DNA from: Lingula anatina
Taxonomy: Eukaryota > Animalia > Brachiopoda
Direction of reading: 5' to 3'
NCBI GenBank assembly: GCA_051362555.1
Contig: CM120641.1
Location: forward strand, 10,416,001-10,480,000
Length of the DNA stretch: 64,000 nt
Made by a program: the position numbers and the translations under genes. Below are positions 40,601 to 50,456 of the stretch, in pieces; the stretch's first letter is position 1; every line of letters begins with the position of its first letter. The notes under the pieces are model-generated. The model ran no database searches and was not told the origin of the DNA. It was given only the letters and a program-made list of their open reading frames with translations.

Positions 40601-41211
40601 CTCTGATGGTGCCCTCCTGTGCGATGGTGGTCTGAATAATCTACCTGGTCTATATCCAGGCTGCTGTTACTTCTATATAAAGTACCACTGAGAGAGGAAT
40701 TCCCAGACCCACTATGATAGCTAATACGGTGAGGACTGCTGTGTTCCTGGTGATGCTGCTGAAGGAGAGGCTTCTGCCTGGTTATCCCTACATTCACCTG
40801 GCCAGGAAACGACAATCCTTGGCCATGATAACTAGCCAGGATTTTTTCATTGTATGAATTTCTATGGTCCAACACCCCAGGTCTTATTGCCTTAGCTCTC
40901 TGGAATGTGTCTGGGCCAGTGTTATAAGAGTCTTGGATGTGATGCCTATCATCGTGAGCTGTACCATTCATCCTGTTATATGAATGTATGGGGTTCTCAC
41001 CTGTGGAGCTGGCACTGCTTTCGCCAGAGGTGTTGTGGGATCCCACTGAGCGAGGGTAGAAGTCTACCCCTCCCACAATACCACCCCCTCCCCCCTGGTA
41101 AGCTCTCTGTCTTATCGAATCCAACACTGGGTCTGGGCGTTTGTTAGAGCCCAGGATATGCTGACTACTTCGTTCAGAAGTATTTCGTGAAAATTGGCTT
41201 TCAGTGGCCAT
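4282..41211 (-). CDS. SIPA1L: Signal-induced proliferation-associated 1-like protein (SPAR/SIPA1L family RapGAP), spliced CDS of 25 exons, 5049 nt, about 1682 aa
   Basis: RapGAP motifs ([47 protein letters not shown] with the catalytic Asn), PDZ ([13 protein letters not shown]), SPAR_C motifs ([19 protein letters not shown]) and the family C-terminus ([24 protein letters not shown]). All 24 introns are GT-AG and phase-compatible. Not assignable to one vertebrate paralog. Confidence 0.95.
4557..4706 (-). CDS. Candidate alternative terminal coding exon of SIPA1L (duplicated coiled-coil)
   Basis: CATTTCTTGCTTATAACAG acceptor, then phase-0 [52 protein letters not shown]-stop; first 22 aa align in register with the canonical last exon. 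Confidence 0.65.
   Translation of the reverse strand, partial: ERRAKRGLESEIEHLKQENLLLLRALYNNDRRGQMQLCRFGLRGSNHHF
5985..6075 (-). CDS. SIPA1L: SIPA1L coding exon 24 (coiled-coil start)
   Basis: [31 protein letters not shown] |GTAAGC. Confidence 0.9.
6580..6739 (-). CDS. SIPA1L: SIPA1L coding exon 23
   Basis: [20 protein letters not shown]...RQANP; TTGCAG / GTAACA. Confidence 0.82.
8872..8953. repeat. (TG)n(AG)n compound microsatellite
   Basis: Seen directly; a related (CA)n tract lies at 8523-8560. Confidence 0.95.
10442..10652. repeat. Tandem duplication of about 112 bp containing (CAA)n(TAA)n microsatellites
   Basis: AAAATCGTACTGATAGAAAAAATGAGAA.ATTTTCTAA.TATTACAAC starts both copies (10442 and 10554). 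Confidence 0.92.
11040..11176 (-). CDS. SIPA1L: SIPA1L coding exon 22 (SPAR_C)
   Basis: [26 protein letters not shown]. Confidence 0.92.
11553..11764 (-). CDS. SIPA1L: SIPA1L coding exon 21 ([14 protein letters not shown])
   Basis: Conserved LQRTLSDES motif; donor GTGAG is clear, but the acceptor is a weak AAG and an in-frame CAG lies 15 nt downstream. Confidence 0.85.
12133..12307 (-). CDS. SIPA1L: SIPA1L coding exon 20
   Basis: [16 protein letters not shown]...[13 protein letters not shown]...QNK. Confidence 0.88.
15112..15223 (-). CDS. SIPA1L: SIPA1L coding exon 19
   Basis: [37 protein letters not shown]. Confidence 0.85.
15248..16600. repeat. Recent tandem duplication of about 510-545 bp plus an older, diverged third sub-unit
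   Basis: ACAAGGCAGCAAAGCTGTCAAATG begins copies at about 15248 and 15757; two near-identical spurious ORFs (15435, 15989); the motif GAACTTCAAAGTCACA recurs about every 300 bp up to 16580. Confidence 0.92.
16599..17716 (+). mobile_element. HINE/pearl(CvA)-like non-autonomous Helentron-associated element with internal ~178-bp tandem array
   Basis: AAACAAG start, 3-4 tandem cores (GGCCCGATCATGCCGATTTTCGAACTTGA), (GGCGAC)n microsatellite at 17611-17660, GTGATGGCAATA, a perfect 14-bp hairpin at 17681-17710 and an A-run. Confidence 0.75.
17823..18139 (-). CDS. SIPA1L: SIPA1L coding exon 18 (Ser-rich)
   Basis: [13 protein letters not shown]...APRDHGK; GC-rich open frame bounded by CAG / GTAG. Confidence 0.85.
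18524..18666 (-). CDS. SIPA1L: SIPA1L coding exon 17
   Basis: [17 protein letters not shown]...ASTPGT; TTCCAG / GTATGT. Confidence 0.8.
19180..19340 (-). promoter_or_regulatory. Candidate internal promoter with a 7-codon alternative first exon (MQFLCSR) of SIPA1L
   Basis: TATAAAAG at 19266-19259, CCAAT at 19330-19326, TTGCGTCAC, TACGTG and TCAAGGTCA motifs; ATG at 19200 and donor AGG|GTAATC in phase 0 with exon 17. Confidence 0.4.
20778..20827 (-). CDS. SIPA1L: SIPA1L coding exon 16 (50 nt)
   Basis: TTTTAG| [17 protein letters not shown] |GTAAG; needed to restore phase between exons 15 and 17. Confidence 0.75.
21114..21250 (-). CDS. SIPA1L: SIPA1L coding exon 15
   Basis: [16 protein letters not shown]...QMPEPQ; canonical sites, open in the required phase. 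Confidence 0.8.
21717..21866 (-). CDS. SIPA1L: SIPA1L coding exon 14
   Basis: TTTCTAG| [11 protein letters not shown]...GVYNP |GTGAGA; phase 2 to phase 2. Confidence 0.82.
22979..23232 (-). CDS. SIPA1L: SIPA1L coding exon 13 (PDZ domain)
   Basis: [51 protein letters not shown]...PPFEDGTPR. Confidence 0.95.
24851..24971 (-). CDS. SIPA1L: SIPA1L coding exon 12
   Basis: [14 protein letters not shown]...[14 protein letters not shown]; different frame from the ORF track entry. Confidence 0.9.
25234..25379 (-). CDS. SIPA1L: SIPA1L coding exon 11
   Basis: [44 protein letters not shown]. Confidence 0.92.
25636..25733 (-). CDS. SIPA1L: SIPA1L coding exon 10
   Basis: [33 protein letters not shown]; phase fits both neighbours. 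Confidence 0.9.
26009..26143 (-). CDS. SIPA1L: SIPA1L coding exon 9 (RapGAP end)
   Basis: [30 protein letters not shown]. Confidence 0.94.
27030..27136 (-). CDS. SIPA1L: SIPA1L coding exon 8 (RapGAP)
   Basis: [35 protein letters not shown]. Confidence 0.94.
27712..27869 (-). CDS. SIPA1L: SIPA1L coding exon 7 (RapGAP catalytic Asn-thumb)
   Basis: [37 protein letters not shown]. Confidence 0.95.
29673..29776 (-). CDS. SIPA1L: SIPA1L coding exon 6 (RapGAP)
   Basis: [35 protein letters not shown]. Confidence 0.94.
30719..30817 (-). CDS. SIPA1L: SIPA1L coding exon 5 (RapGAP)
   Basis: [33 protein letters not shown]; TTTACAG / GTAAGT. Confidence 0.94.
31137..31212 (-). CDS. SIPA1L: SIPA1L coding exon 4 (RapGAP start)
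   Basis: [25 protein letters not shown]; canonical splice sites. Confidence 0.94.
31697..31885 (-). CDS. SIPA1L: SIPA1L coding exon 3
   Basis: TTCAG| [15 protein letters not shown]...[10 protein letters not shown] |GTGAGT. Confidence 0.93.
31871..32195. repeat. Degenerate tandem duplication that copies the exon-3 splice acceptor region
   Basis: CTTAG(T/A)GTAGTT(A/G)ACT occurs at about 31872, 31927 and 32076; blocks 31926-32065 and 32075-32195 are similar. Confidence 0.7.
32824..32963 (-). CDS. SIPA1L: SIPA1L coding exon 2
   Basis: TTTTTCAG| [22 protein letters not shown]...RTSE |GTGAGT. Confidence 0.93.
39101..39304 (+). mobile_element. Degenerate copy of the short HINE-like element at 57039
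   Basis: AGAAAAGCA start, GATCCCCACCAAAAT, AAATTTTATCAAAATCCATCCATAA and AAAACGTAACCACCTTTGTTGAGGT end are collinear with 57039-57280. Confidence 0.65.
39618..41211 (-). CDS. SIPA1L: SIPA1L coding exon 1 (large N-terminal exon)
   Basis: ATG at 41211 in strong Kozak context ACCATGG; motifs [45 protein letters not shown]; donor CAAG|GTAAGT. Confidence 0.93.
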
Positions 41212-44200
41212 GGTTAAAATCAAGTAACACGATTGTACAAGAGTTGTTTTTTTTTTTTCCTTTTTTAATATTCACTAAAAGGGCTTCTCAGCTGTTGCTA
41301 CCTTCTTGAATTAAAATCTGTATAACAACAAATGGCAGAATAAAAATCCATCCTTTCCAACCTTCACTTTTTCTACATTTTTCCCTTTTTTCTGTCTGAA
41401 CCAGAGGTATCCTTCTAAACTCATGTACTAGTAGTCCATGTATGTAGCATGTTCTCCAATTAGAGCATAACCAAGAAAGCAGGCAAGCCAATCCTCTTCT
41501 TCATTTTAGGAAACAGTCTGAAAATATAGAAAGTTACATAATATAGAACAAGACACATGCAGAAGATCTCAGGTATATTACTAAGATTAGTATTTACAAT
41601 TCTTTAAGCTCTTTTCTCTCATTAGTGGAATTTTGAATACAGATACTTGTAAGATCACAGTCACATGTGCAATATCCCAGATTATAGAACCAGATTTATA
41701 GCAGGCAGACTCCACCTATCTGTTCTACTGTAGAGAAACTGGAACGAGAATAGAAGCAACTAAACTACAAAATGCATCATCTGTTCACATAGAATCTTGG
41801 TATTACAACTGGGAAAATAACGAACAAAGCCCATAATTAACCTTCCGTGCAAATATCATAGGAAGTATGACAGCCAACCAACAGAAGCTATTGAATATTA
41901 ACTACATTAATAGTATCATTTATGGATGAATTATGAATACACAGCTGCTGAAGATCAAGTTCAAAGATAAAGGCAAGTAAATGATATTGAGGAAAAAAAG
42001 GCCAGACTGCTGTATTTTTTAAAATTAGCATTAGACAAAAGCCGCATGCATTGGCAAGAGGGCTTTCCAGCAATGAAAATGAGACTATCAAACCTTAAAG
42101 GATCAGTGATGCATTTTCCCCTAAGGATGCATAAAAACAGACTAAGCAATCTCAGTGAACATGCAATGCTGTTTTATGAATATTCCCGACTTTTAAGTGT
42201 AATATGAGCCTAAGGTTACAGATGGAGGTCAAAGATGAAACTGGGATGTGCAGACACATAAATGTAATCTTAGCACACAAATGTCTGTTCTTTTTTACAC
42301 TTCCTTTTTTTTGGGGGGGGGCAAAAAAAGTAATATCTATTTAAAGGAAATGGAAGTGAAAATAAATGGAGGTGATGATTAAAGCACCAAAGAAAATGAG
42401 ACAAGACATTAGTTTGGGATTTTGAGAACTTTTCTCTCCAAAGGGCAACAACAAACAGGGGCAACAACAAACAAAGACATGCACATATTTGAATAATAAA
42501 AAGCCTGCACATACACATGCGTGCAATGGCATGTTTACACACTTGCACGTGCACACACACACAATCCAATTTCTTTCAGAAGGTAAAGTAGCCACATTGA
42601 AGTAAATTCAAGTAATAATAAAAATTTTACATAAACATTTGTTTACAAGTCCAATCAATTTTATCATATATGTATTTATATATAACGTCTCTTATCCTCA
42701 TAATTTATCCAATCATAACCAGGCCATCTGGCATTTGAAAGTAGAAGGTAAACAAGATAAGCGTGGAGCTCCCCCACCCTTAGTAACATCCCCATCCCAT
42801 GGCCACCTGGGGTAAGAGACTAGGCTGTATGTCAGACAGATACTTATTATAAGACAGTATAAGCTAACACACTGAAGTCTTGGCAGTTTGTATACAAACA
42901 CACATAGGGAACAGATGCTCCTGATTATACTCCTGACATTTGGGGAACACCTTGTTCCTTTAATCTAGTTATATTAAGTATGGTTTAGACACCATACTAA
43001 AGACTGCTTGTGATCCAGGTTGTTTCTCTAACAAGACTCTTAACAGGTAACGCTTTGCACATGCCTCATCTATTTACCTTTTGATATCATATCATTTTTG
43101 AATAACCACATGACATTTCATGATAATCATAAAGAGCAATAACTATGCAGTCTTTTTTTATGCTGCTTAACAGTATTTCATTTTGATATATTCCAATCAC
43201 TGTGAGTAAATGGACCTCCAGTCTGTCTGCTCAGCATGCCCATCTCAGTCAGCATGTACTTACTGCCAGGAAACTAATACTTTCAGTGGACATACCTGAA
43301 CTTTCAGAATGTTTCCTTTTCAGACCAATAAAACATTTTAAGATCTTTTTTACACAGAAGTATGAGAGTGTTCAGGATCTCTCTCTCTCTCTCAAGGTCT
43401 ACATTTGAGAATCATAGTTTAGATACACCACTGCATAAAATGCACCTTATTTTAAATCAATCTCAAATCCACAAATGTTTCAACTCTCCATGGTATTTTC
43501 TTTTAACAACCTCCAATACCATCAAGACTCTTCCATTCCCAGAACATCAAAGCAATTCATTTTTCTCCTTCACTCATTTGCAACACTGCACTTGGTTATT
43601 TATATCATCAGAAACTTGCTGACTTTTTAAACTCTTTGTATCATTATTTCCCGTCAAACAATCCTGGAAGCAATCTTTTAAACCACTTAATAGCACTGAT
43701 ACAGACATTATAGTTTTATACTGACAGAAGAATGCAGCATTCATGATAAATGGGAGTTTGAGGTAAACCACTGGAAATACATATAACTGTATTGTCAACT
43801 GCCTCTTTTTCACTCTGTTTATCTCAAGGGTTTAGAGTAATCTAAAGATACAATTAATTCATACAACCCTTCAGACAGGTCTTGCCGTACTTGAAAATGA
43901 TTAAGAAGAAAAAGGATAAAAACGCCACGCACCTTTTTTTATACAATCTCATCAGAATTCTTTTAAATGGCTTATATACTGTATTGCTTCACACTGATCT
44001 ACTTCTCTGTTGCATGTTTTAAAGCTGACCATCTGGTACTGGTGTTAAAAACATGGGTGTGTTCCTCTCTTCACATCACTCTTGTGGCAACACAACAGAC
44101 TCCTTATACTAAATCCCCTTGCAAGCAGCCTGGATCATCCAATATGTGCCTACTGTATTGCACATCACGACCAGCCACAGATGTGAGTAACACTGACAGC

Positions 44201-46543
44201 TTTCATTTTTTAACTTGATTTCCCACAATTGATTATCTTTTAGTATATCTACAATGTATGCGTCTCCTGAGAGGAAGCATTTTCTCCGTGGGAAGGCAGT
44301 GGCACACTGCAACAACACACATATTCCGAGCTATATATCATAAATAATGTGACAGCAAAGAAAAAAAAATAATAATAATCCAGGACAAGCAAGGAGGAAA
44401 AGACAAAAGAAAATGTAATAAGTTAGCTTCTTATTATGGTTGTTCATTCAGATTTAAAGTTTGTTTGTTGTTCAAATCCATTCAACAACTAAGTGGATTT
44501 TTTATAGTATGTCTACAATTCAAACACAAGTAAGAAGAAAACAAAAATATATTTTTGATCTTAGCATGCCTGGCTGTCAATTTGCCCACAAAAAAAAAAA
44601 AAAAATGCAAACCTCATAATTCAATCCTGCCTCAGATTTGTAGCCTAATTCAACTAGAGATGGCCGACCTCTCCGAACTACACCACCTTCCACCTTATCA
44701 AATTGTCAGGTTCAATATCCCTGGCAGAAAAGATGATCCTTCTGAAAAGTATAGGACACATCTCATATTTCTTCTACCACCTATTCCCTGGAATTTCTTC
44801 TGACACAGACAAACAACAATAACATGCAGCTGAGTTACCAGAGCTGGTTCGTTTCAGCAACTCTTCTCTGGTTCCTAAGCAAATTATCAGAAAAGGTAAA
44901 ATCAATGTTATTCTAAATAGGCATCAACCTGGTCTTAAGTGGCCATGCCCCATTAAAGACACATCATGGACTGAGTCACTTATCTTCTCTAGCTGGGAAA
45001 GCTCCATTTCTCAATGGCTCACACTTATATTTATGGACATACATTCACAAATGCTTTAGCTTGCTTATTCAATGACCAATGATGTCCGAAACAGTTTAAA
45101 ATATCTGCATATGTGCATGCACTTTTATCTACACTTGTGCAACCATTTTTATTAATTACTATGTTTCTTACCTGGCACCACCTTGTATATACCAGGTAAG
45201 AAACATGGCCTAGCCATGGAAATGGATAGAAAAACCACATGTTTAATAAATTGACAATAATATAATGCTTATTACACAGCTGGGTATTATACAAAGATTG
45301 ATCTCTTTTTACTTGTATAAATGTGGAGAAGACTCCACATAGAAAATTACCTGCTCTATCATCATAATGATGTTCACCTATGAAATGTCCACCTGGACCA
45401 CAGATTTTAAATTGTACAGAGGCTAGGCCATGTTACCAACTTAATACCCAAGTTAAAAGCTCAAAATACATTCCAAGCTCTGTAGTCACCTTTAATCAAT
45501 GTCTTTGTTTCATTCAAATGTGATTAATTAAAATCCACCCATCCACATTGTCCCTGAATCGGTGAACACTTCATCTTTGATAGGGGAAACTCTTCTTCTG
45601 AGCTGTCTCTAGATTTTATCTAACACAGTGGAAATGAAAAACTTCCAGTCAGGAGGAAATCTTTCCTCTCACACATAATACTACAGCAATGTAAGAATAT
45701 GGAGGTCCATAATTTATAGAGTTCATATGCTGACATACACAGGTTAGCTATTGAACTGGAGAACGGTCTATTATGTATAGATCTAGGCTGAACATTTTTC
45801 TTTGTAAAACCTAAATTACTGTTCTGATCATTAAATATATATTGCTTTCCAATCTAAAAACTACAGCAGATGTCATGATTAATGCAGATGAAATGACAAT
45901 TTAGAAGGTTGTAACAAATGATGTCTTAAAAACAGTCAATATTGACCAGTAAACACTACAGCCACAGGTGGACATAGTGGTCTAGCCATAAAACAAGTCA
46001 AGTGGGAATGTAATCATATAGTTTTCTCAATTTTTCGCACCGTTTTTCCCCCAGTATTTAGTGCATATATATGCCCAGGTGTAAATTATTCTTCTTTAAC
46101 ACTGGCACCTAGCCTGGGCTTGTCTAGCTCTGGGAGCTAATGGGAAAACTTTCACACACTGCGCTATGCTATCTCACACTGTGCACCAACAAGAGCTCAG
46201 CTGATCTATAGTGTGGGTTGACAATACAACACTATATCATGCAATTTTACAACAATAGATACTCCTACCACACATCTAGATGTAATGCGGTAAAAGTCAA
46301 TTGACCTAAATAGTAAGCCACATTTATATATCAATCCCCCCTCACCTAACAATCTTGCAGGTAACCTACCTCGGTGACTTTAACCCCTCTCTATCCCTTC
46401 ACAATCACAAGCCATCTTTAACCATCAGAGTTTTACCCATATGGTCAAATTATAGGTTGTGAATTTCTGCATGAGGGAAGCTGAAGGGATCTGGATAATA
46501 ATGCACCCATGAACTTCCAACCAGCAAGCCTAGTCTAACCTAC

Positions 46544-46990
46544 CTGGTGCAGTATTTGCATTGGTGTCACCTCTGCTCTGTGCCGTGTGACTGAGGAGAC
46601 AGTGATCCTCCAGACGCACACAAGTTAACAGTCCCGCATTTGAATGGAACGTCTTTGTTGTGTTATTGTACTGGAGGGGGGAGAGCACACAGGACTGTTG
46701 CTGGCCTAGCTCCCCTTTTGCTCCTCTGCTGTGTACTCAACTCTCACCTTATTGAAGCCTTGCCCAGTCTACTGAGGAGCTCTCGCCACAGAAATCGAGC
46801 ACGCACAAAAGGCGAATATAACGTTGAGTCCAAATCAGCCTCCGTGCAATGCAGACCGTTCACAGCAGGCACAAAAGCCACACAAAACACCAGCGCTGTT
46901 GTTTTGAAATACAACACAGACTCTATGAGTGAACTGCTTTGTGTTCCAGTGTTGTTATTTGGAGTGAGAGTGAAAAGAAGCTAATGTTAT
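46544..46990 (-). other. Candidate alternative non-coding 5' exon of SIPA1L
   Basis: GC/CpG-enriched island in an AT-rich intron, ending at CAG|GTAGGT (46544), with a second donor AAG|GTGAGA near 46747 and CCAAT boxes upstream (about 47005 and 47168). Confidence 0.4.
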
Positions 46991-49900
46991 TGCCTGCCAT
47001 ATAGATTGGACTTCCTTCCCTATAAACACAGGGGCTGCTGAAAGACTTGTAAACTGCCATTCTAAAACATTATAATGTGTAAAATGAATCCCTCCTATTG
47101 CCTTATACAGCAAAAGTTAAAAAACCACAACATATATCAACAGTCAACAAGCCTTTAAATGCACTGATTGGCCAAATGACTTATTTTCTTATGAAAATAA
47201 TGAACCAAATGAAAAAATATACATAAAAAAAATTACTGCTGTGCTTGCTAAAATGTCTCCCTCAATATTTGTTCCCTTGATACAATTGCAATATTTTTCT
47301 GTTCTACTGATAAACTAATTGCATGTCTTCAAGATAATTATGATCTTATATGGTATCTTGGTCTGGACTCTGGGCTAATTAAAAAAAAAAAACATTATCA
47401 TTCTTGGTTGCCAATCCTACATGTCAGCTATAAATTTTCAAAAAAGGTTCCCCTTCTTAGAAATAATCTATTCACACAAAGCTCTCAAAGTCATTTCCAC
47501 AATTATTCCATGATACAAAAGCTTTAGCTTAACAATATCAGAAATAAAAGAAAAAAATGAAAAAATTCTTGATCAAAGACCATTAGTCTACTAATGCTGT
47601 ATATTCCCATGCTGCTATTTTAAACCACAATACCCCAGGGCCATGCAGTGGAACAAACACATGCACCAATTACAGCCTTCCATCAATAACTTCAAACTAT
47701 CTCCAGGCAAAAACAGGCCAGTCGAAGATTTTGATCAATGACACTGCTGCAGAAACGTGCTTCTAGCTGTGAAGAAAATACAGACACAGGAGAAGGAAAG
47801 AGACGCCAGTGATTGATTTGGAATTATTTTGCAAGTGCCTGGTGGGAAGTAATAGGTCTTCCATGACATCGGTTACAAAGTTAATATTCTTCATAAGGTT
47901 GGGCTGCCCTTAACTAATATCATCTTTGTTGACAACTCGTCTCAAATTTTAAAGTAGGATGATTTGTATAATTTCTAAGTAAAAATCACCTTCCTCAGTA
48001 CCTGCAGAGATGCTGAGCATTTAATTCAAAAGGATTTGGTCTCAGTCAATACAAAAAAAAAAAACATTTCCAACTGCACTGGATTCTGGAACATCAATGA
48101 AAACTTACCTTTAAAAACCAAGTGTAATTCAAAATTAACTTCTGTTCTTGAGAAATGCCGGATAGGATATGTCATGGTAAAAACACAACACCTATGATTA
48201 AGACTCAGGAAGTGAAAAGACCTATTAACCATTATAACCCACAGTGTCCATCCTCCTATCACATATGGTCAGCAAACTGACCATATCTAATGGACCTGGT
48301 ATGTAGATTATGGATAACTCAGGTAGATGATAACCCCCTGTGAACATTCTGACCTCAACACAAGTCCTTTAGTCACAAGGTCACAACAAAATGGCTTATG
48401 TCACCTCTCCTGGCTTATGGCCCAGCAGTTCAAATACAAGATCCGTTACCAATATCAATGGTTTGCTAAGTTTAAAGCCAAATACCAACTATTGACAAAT
48501 AAATCAAGGATATTTGAAAACCAAATCAATACATACCACAGGTGCTAAGAAAACTATGGACCTTAATTTGGCTGTTGTCAATATGCTACATAAATATATC
48601 ACTTTAATATGGAGTATCTGTCTTTTTCAGTTAAGGGTTCTTACCCTTAAAGACACAAACATTTTTGTCTGGCAAATATTTACCATGTACGAAACACCAG
48701 GCTTAAACAGTGAATTGGGGTTAGCCAAAAAAGGTCATCCAATATATATTGATTGGTCATCACAATAGTTACAGTCTGGTCTCTAGTTTGTGGTCTGGTA
48801 ATTTGCCAGATTTTTAATCATCAGGCTGCTCATTTTATAGGACAATGAACCTATACCTAACCATAAACTGATAATACTCTTAATACAGTCTATTGCACTA
48901 ATAGAAGCTGTGACCAAGGTAAAGGATGGCATATCCAAAAAGGGTTTAACCTTTCTAGCTATGTGTACAAAAATAGTTTAAACAAATAAGTTTGATGTTA
49001 TTGTTTTTTAATAACATGGGTGTTAAATTTCAAGAGTAACACAAAGAATAAAGGATAAAGTATGAGTCATGCGAACAACCAGCAAAGGTGGCTAATAATA
49101 CCTTATACAGTATTTAACAGATCACTGAGCACTGAAAACTTCTGATTCTTTTCATGTATGCTTTTCCTTTTTTTTCCTTTTTTTTTTTTGAGGTTTTAAA
49201 CCTGGATTCAAAAAATGTTGTAGTTTTAGCTCCCTCAGCAATATTATCCAAAGGAGATAAAATCAAATTGTATCATTTAGTGATAAAAAATGATATGAGA
49301 ACTTGGATCATTGCCTCTAATTCTTGTTAGACTGAGGAACATGGAATGCTAAAGGAATATGAACCTACTTGAAAACAAACTTATAGATACACTTCACAAG
49401 ACTGTATGAGATGAAGTGTGTAGCATCTGACTTATTTTCTACAGTTACACCACAGAAATATACAAGTACGTACAAAGACTTCAGAATCATTACATATATA
49501 AACACAAATCAAATAAGAACCGTGCCGTTTTTGGTATAATTCTTAACTCAAGATGACACACATAAATGCGGGTTATCTAGAATACTATTCAACAGTATAC
49601 AGGCTAGTGCATAAATCACAATGCAAAAAAACACTGATAAAACATACATGTACCTGCTGCAAGCCTGTCCTATCAACCTTATAATTAACTCTTATTCTTG
49701 TCTTGATGAACTGACCAGCCTACAGGAAACTCCACCCATTATGAACGACTTGGCTTGGTCACCAAGATAAAACCAATGGATATATATACAAGAAATGGAT
49801 ATACAAGAAACTCAAATATCACAGTTATCCATAGGACTTTAAGAAAGTGGTCCCAACACTCTAAAACTCTCAGGGTCAGGGTCAGACAGAAATTGAAAGG

Positions 49901-50416
49901 GTATTAAGATCAAAACCAATTCACTGTGACTTAAATATTTAGTGTCACACAAATGCTCTAATATCAAGTTATGAAATTCAGGGTGAAACACATACATTTT
50001 CACCTGGATAATGCTGCACAACACCTCTGTACTACATGTGGAATATTCAGTACAAAAGTATATGACTGTGGATGTGCAATTGTAAATCTACGTATTTAAC
50101 TTGAAGGACATCAAAATATAGCCATGCTTTCAGGTTGTATATAAGTGAACAATCAATTAATATGATTCCGGTTGTATTTCCTTCGACTGCTGGCTTTTAT
50201 TTCCTTTTAGTGACATATTACAGGATCAGTCCCTTTTTATATCAGCACTAAATGCTGTAGCAATGTTCTGACCTAAACCCTTTGACAATTTACTCTATTT
50301 TGAAGGGCTTTATCTTCAAATGGTCATAAATATCCTTCTTAGTATTTGACCTACACTGAGATGTTACTACAAAACTGAACCCAACAGACATTAACTTCCC
50401 ATGGCCAAGCTCAGCA

Positions 50417-50419
<3 letters not shown>

Positions 50420-50454
<35 letters not shown>
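50420..50454. repeat. (CT)n microsatellite
   Basis: Seen directly. Confidence 0.95.

Positions 50455-50456
<2 letters not shown>

Noticed and set aside
39692-41147. Plus-strand ORFs of 102, 73 and 80 aa inside the large SIPA1L exon
   Set aside because: Antisense shadows of a GC-richer coding exon with no recognisable protein features
46640-46984. 114-aa plus-strand ORF with a hydrophobic, signal-like stretch
   Set aside because: Starts at TTG rather than ATG, has no homology I recognise, and is better explained as a GC-rich 5' exon or promoter on the opposite strand
48263-48286. 10-bp perfect hairpin ATATGGTCAG-CAAA-CTGACCATAT
   Set aside because: Too short to distinguish from chance or a decayed transposon end without a repeat library
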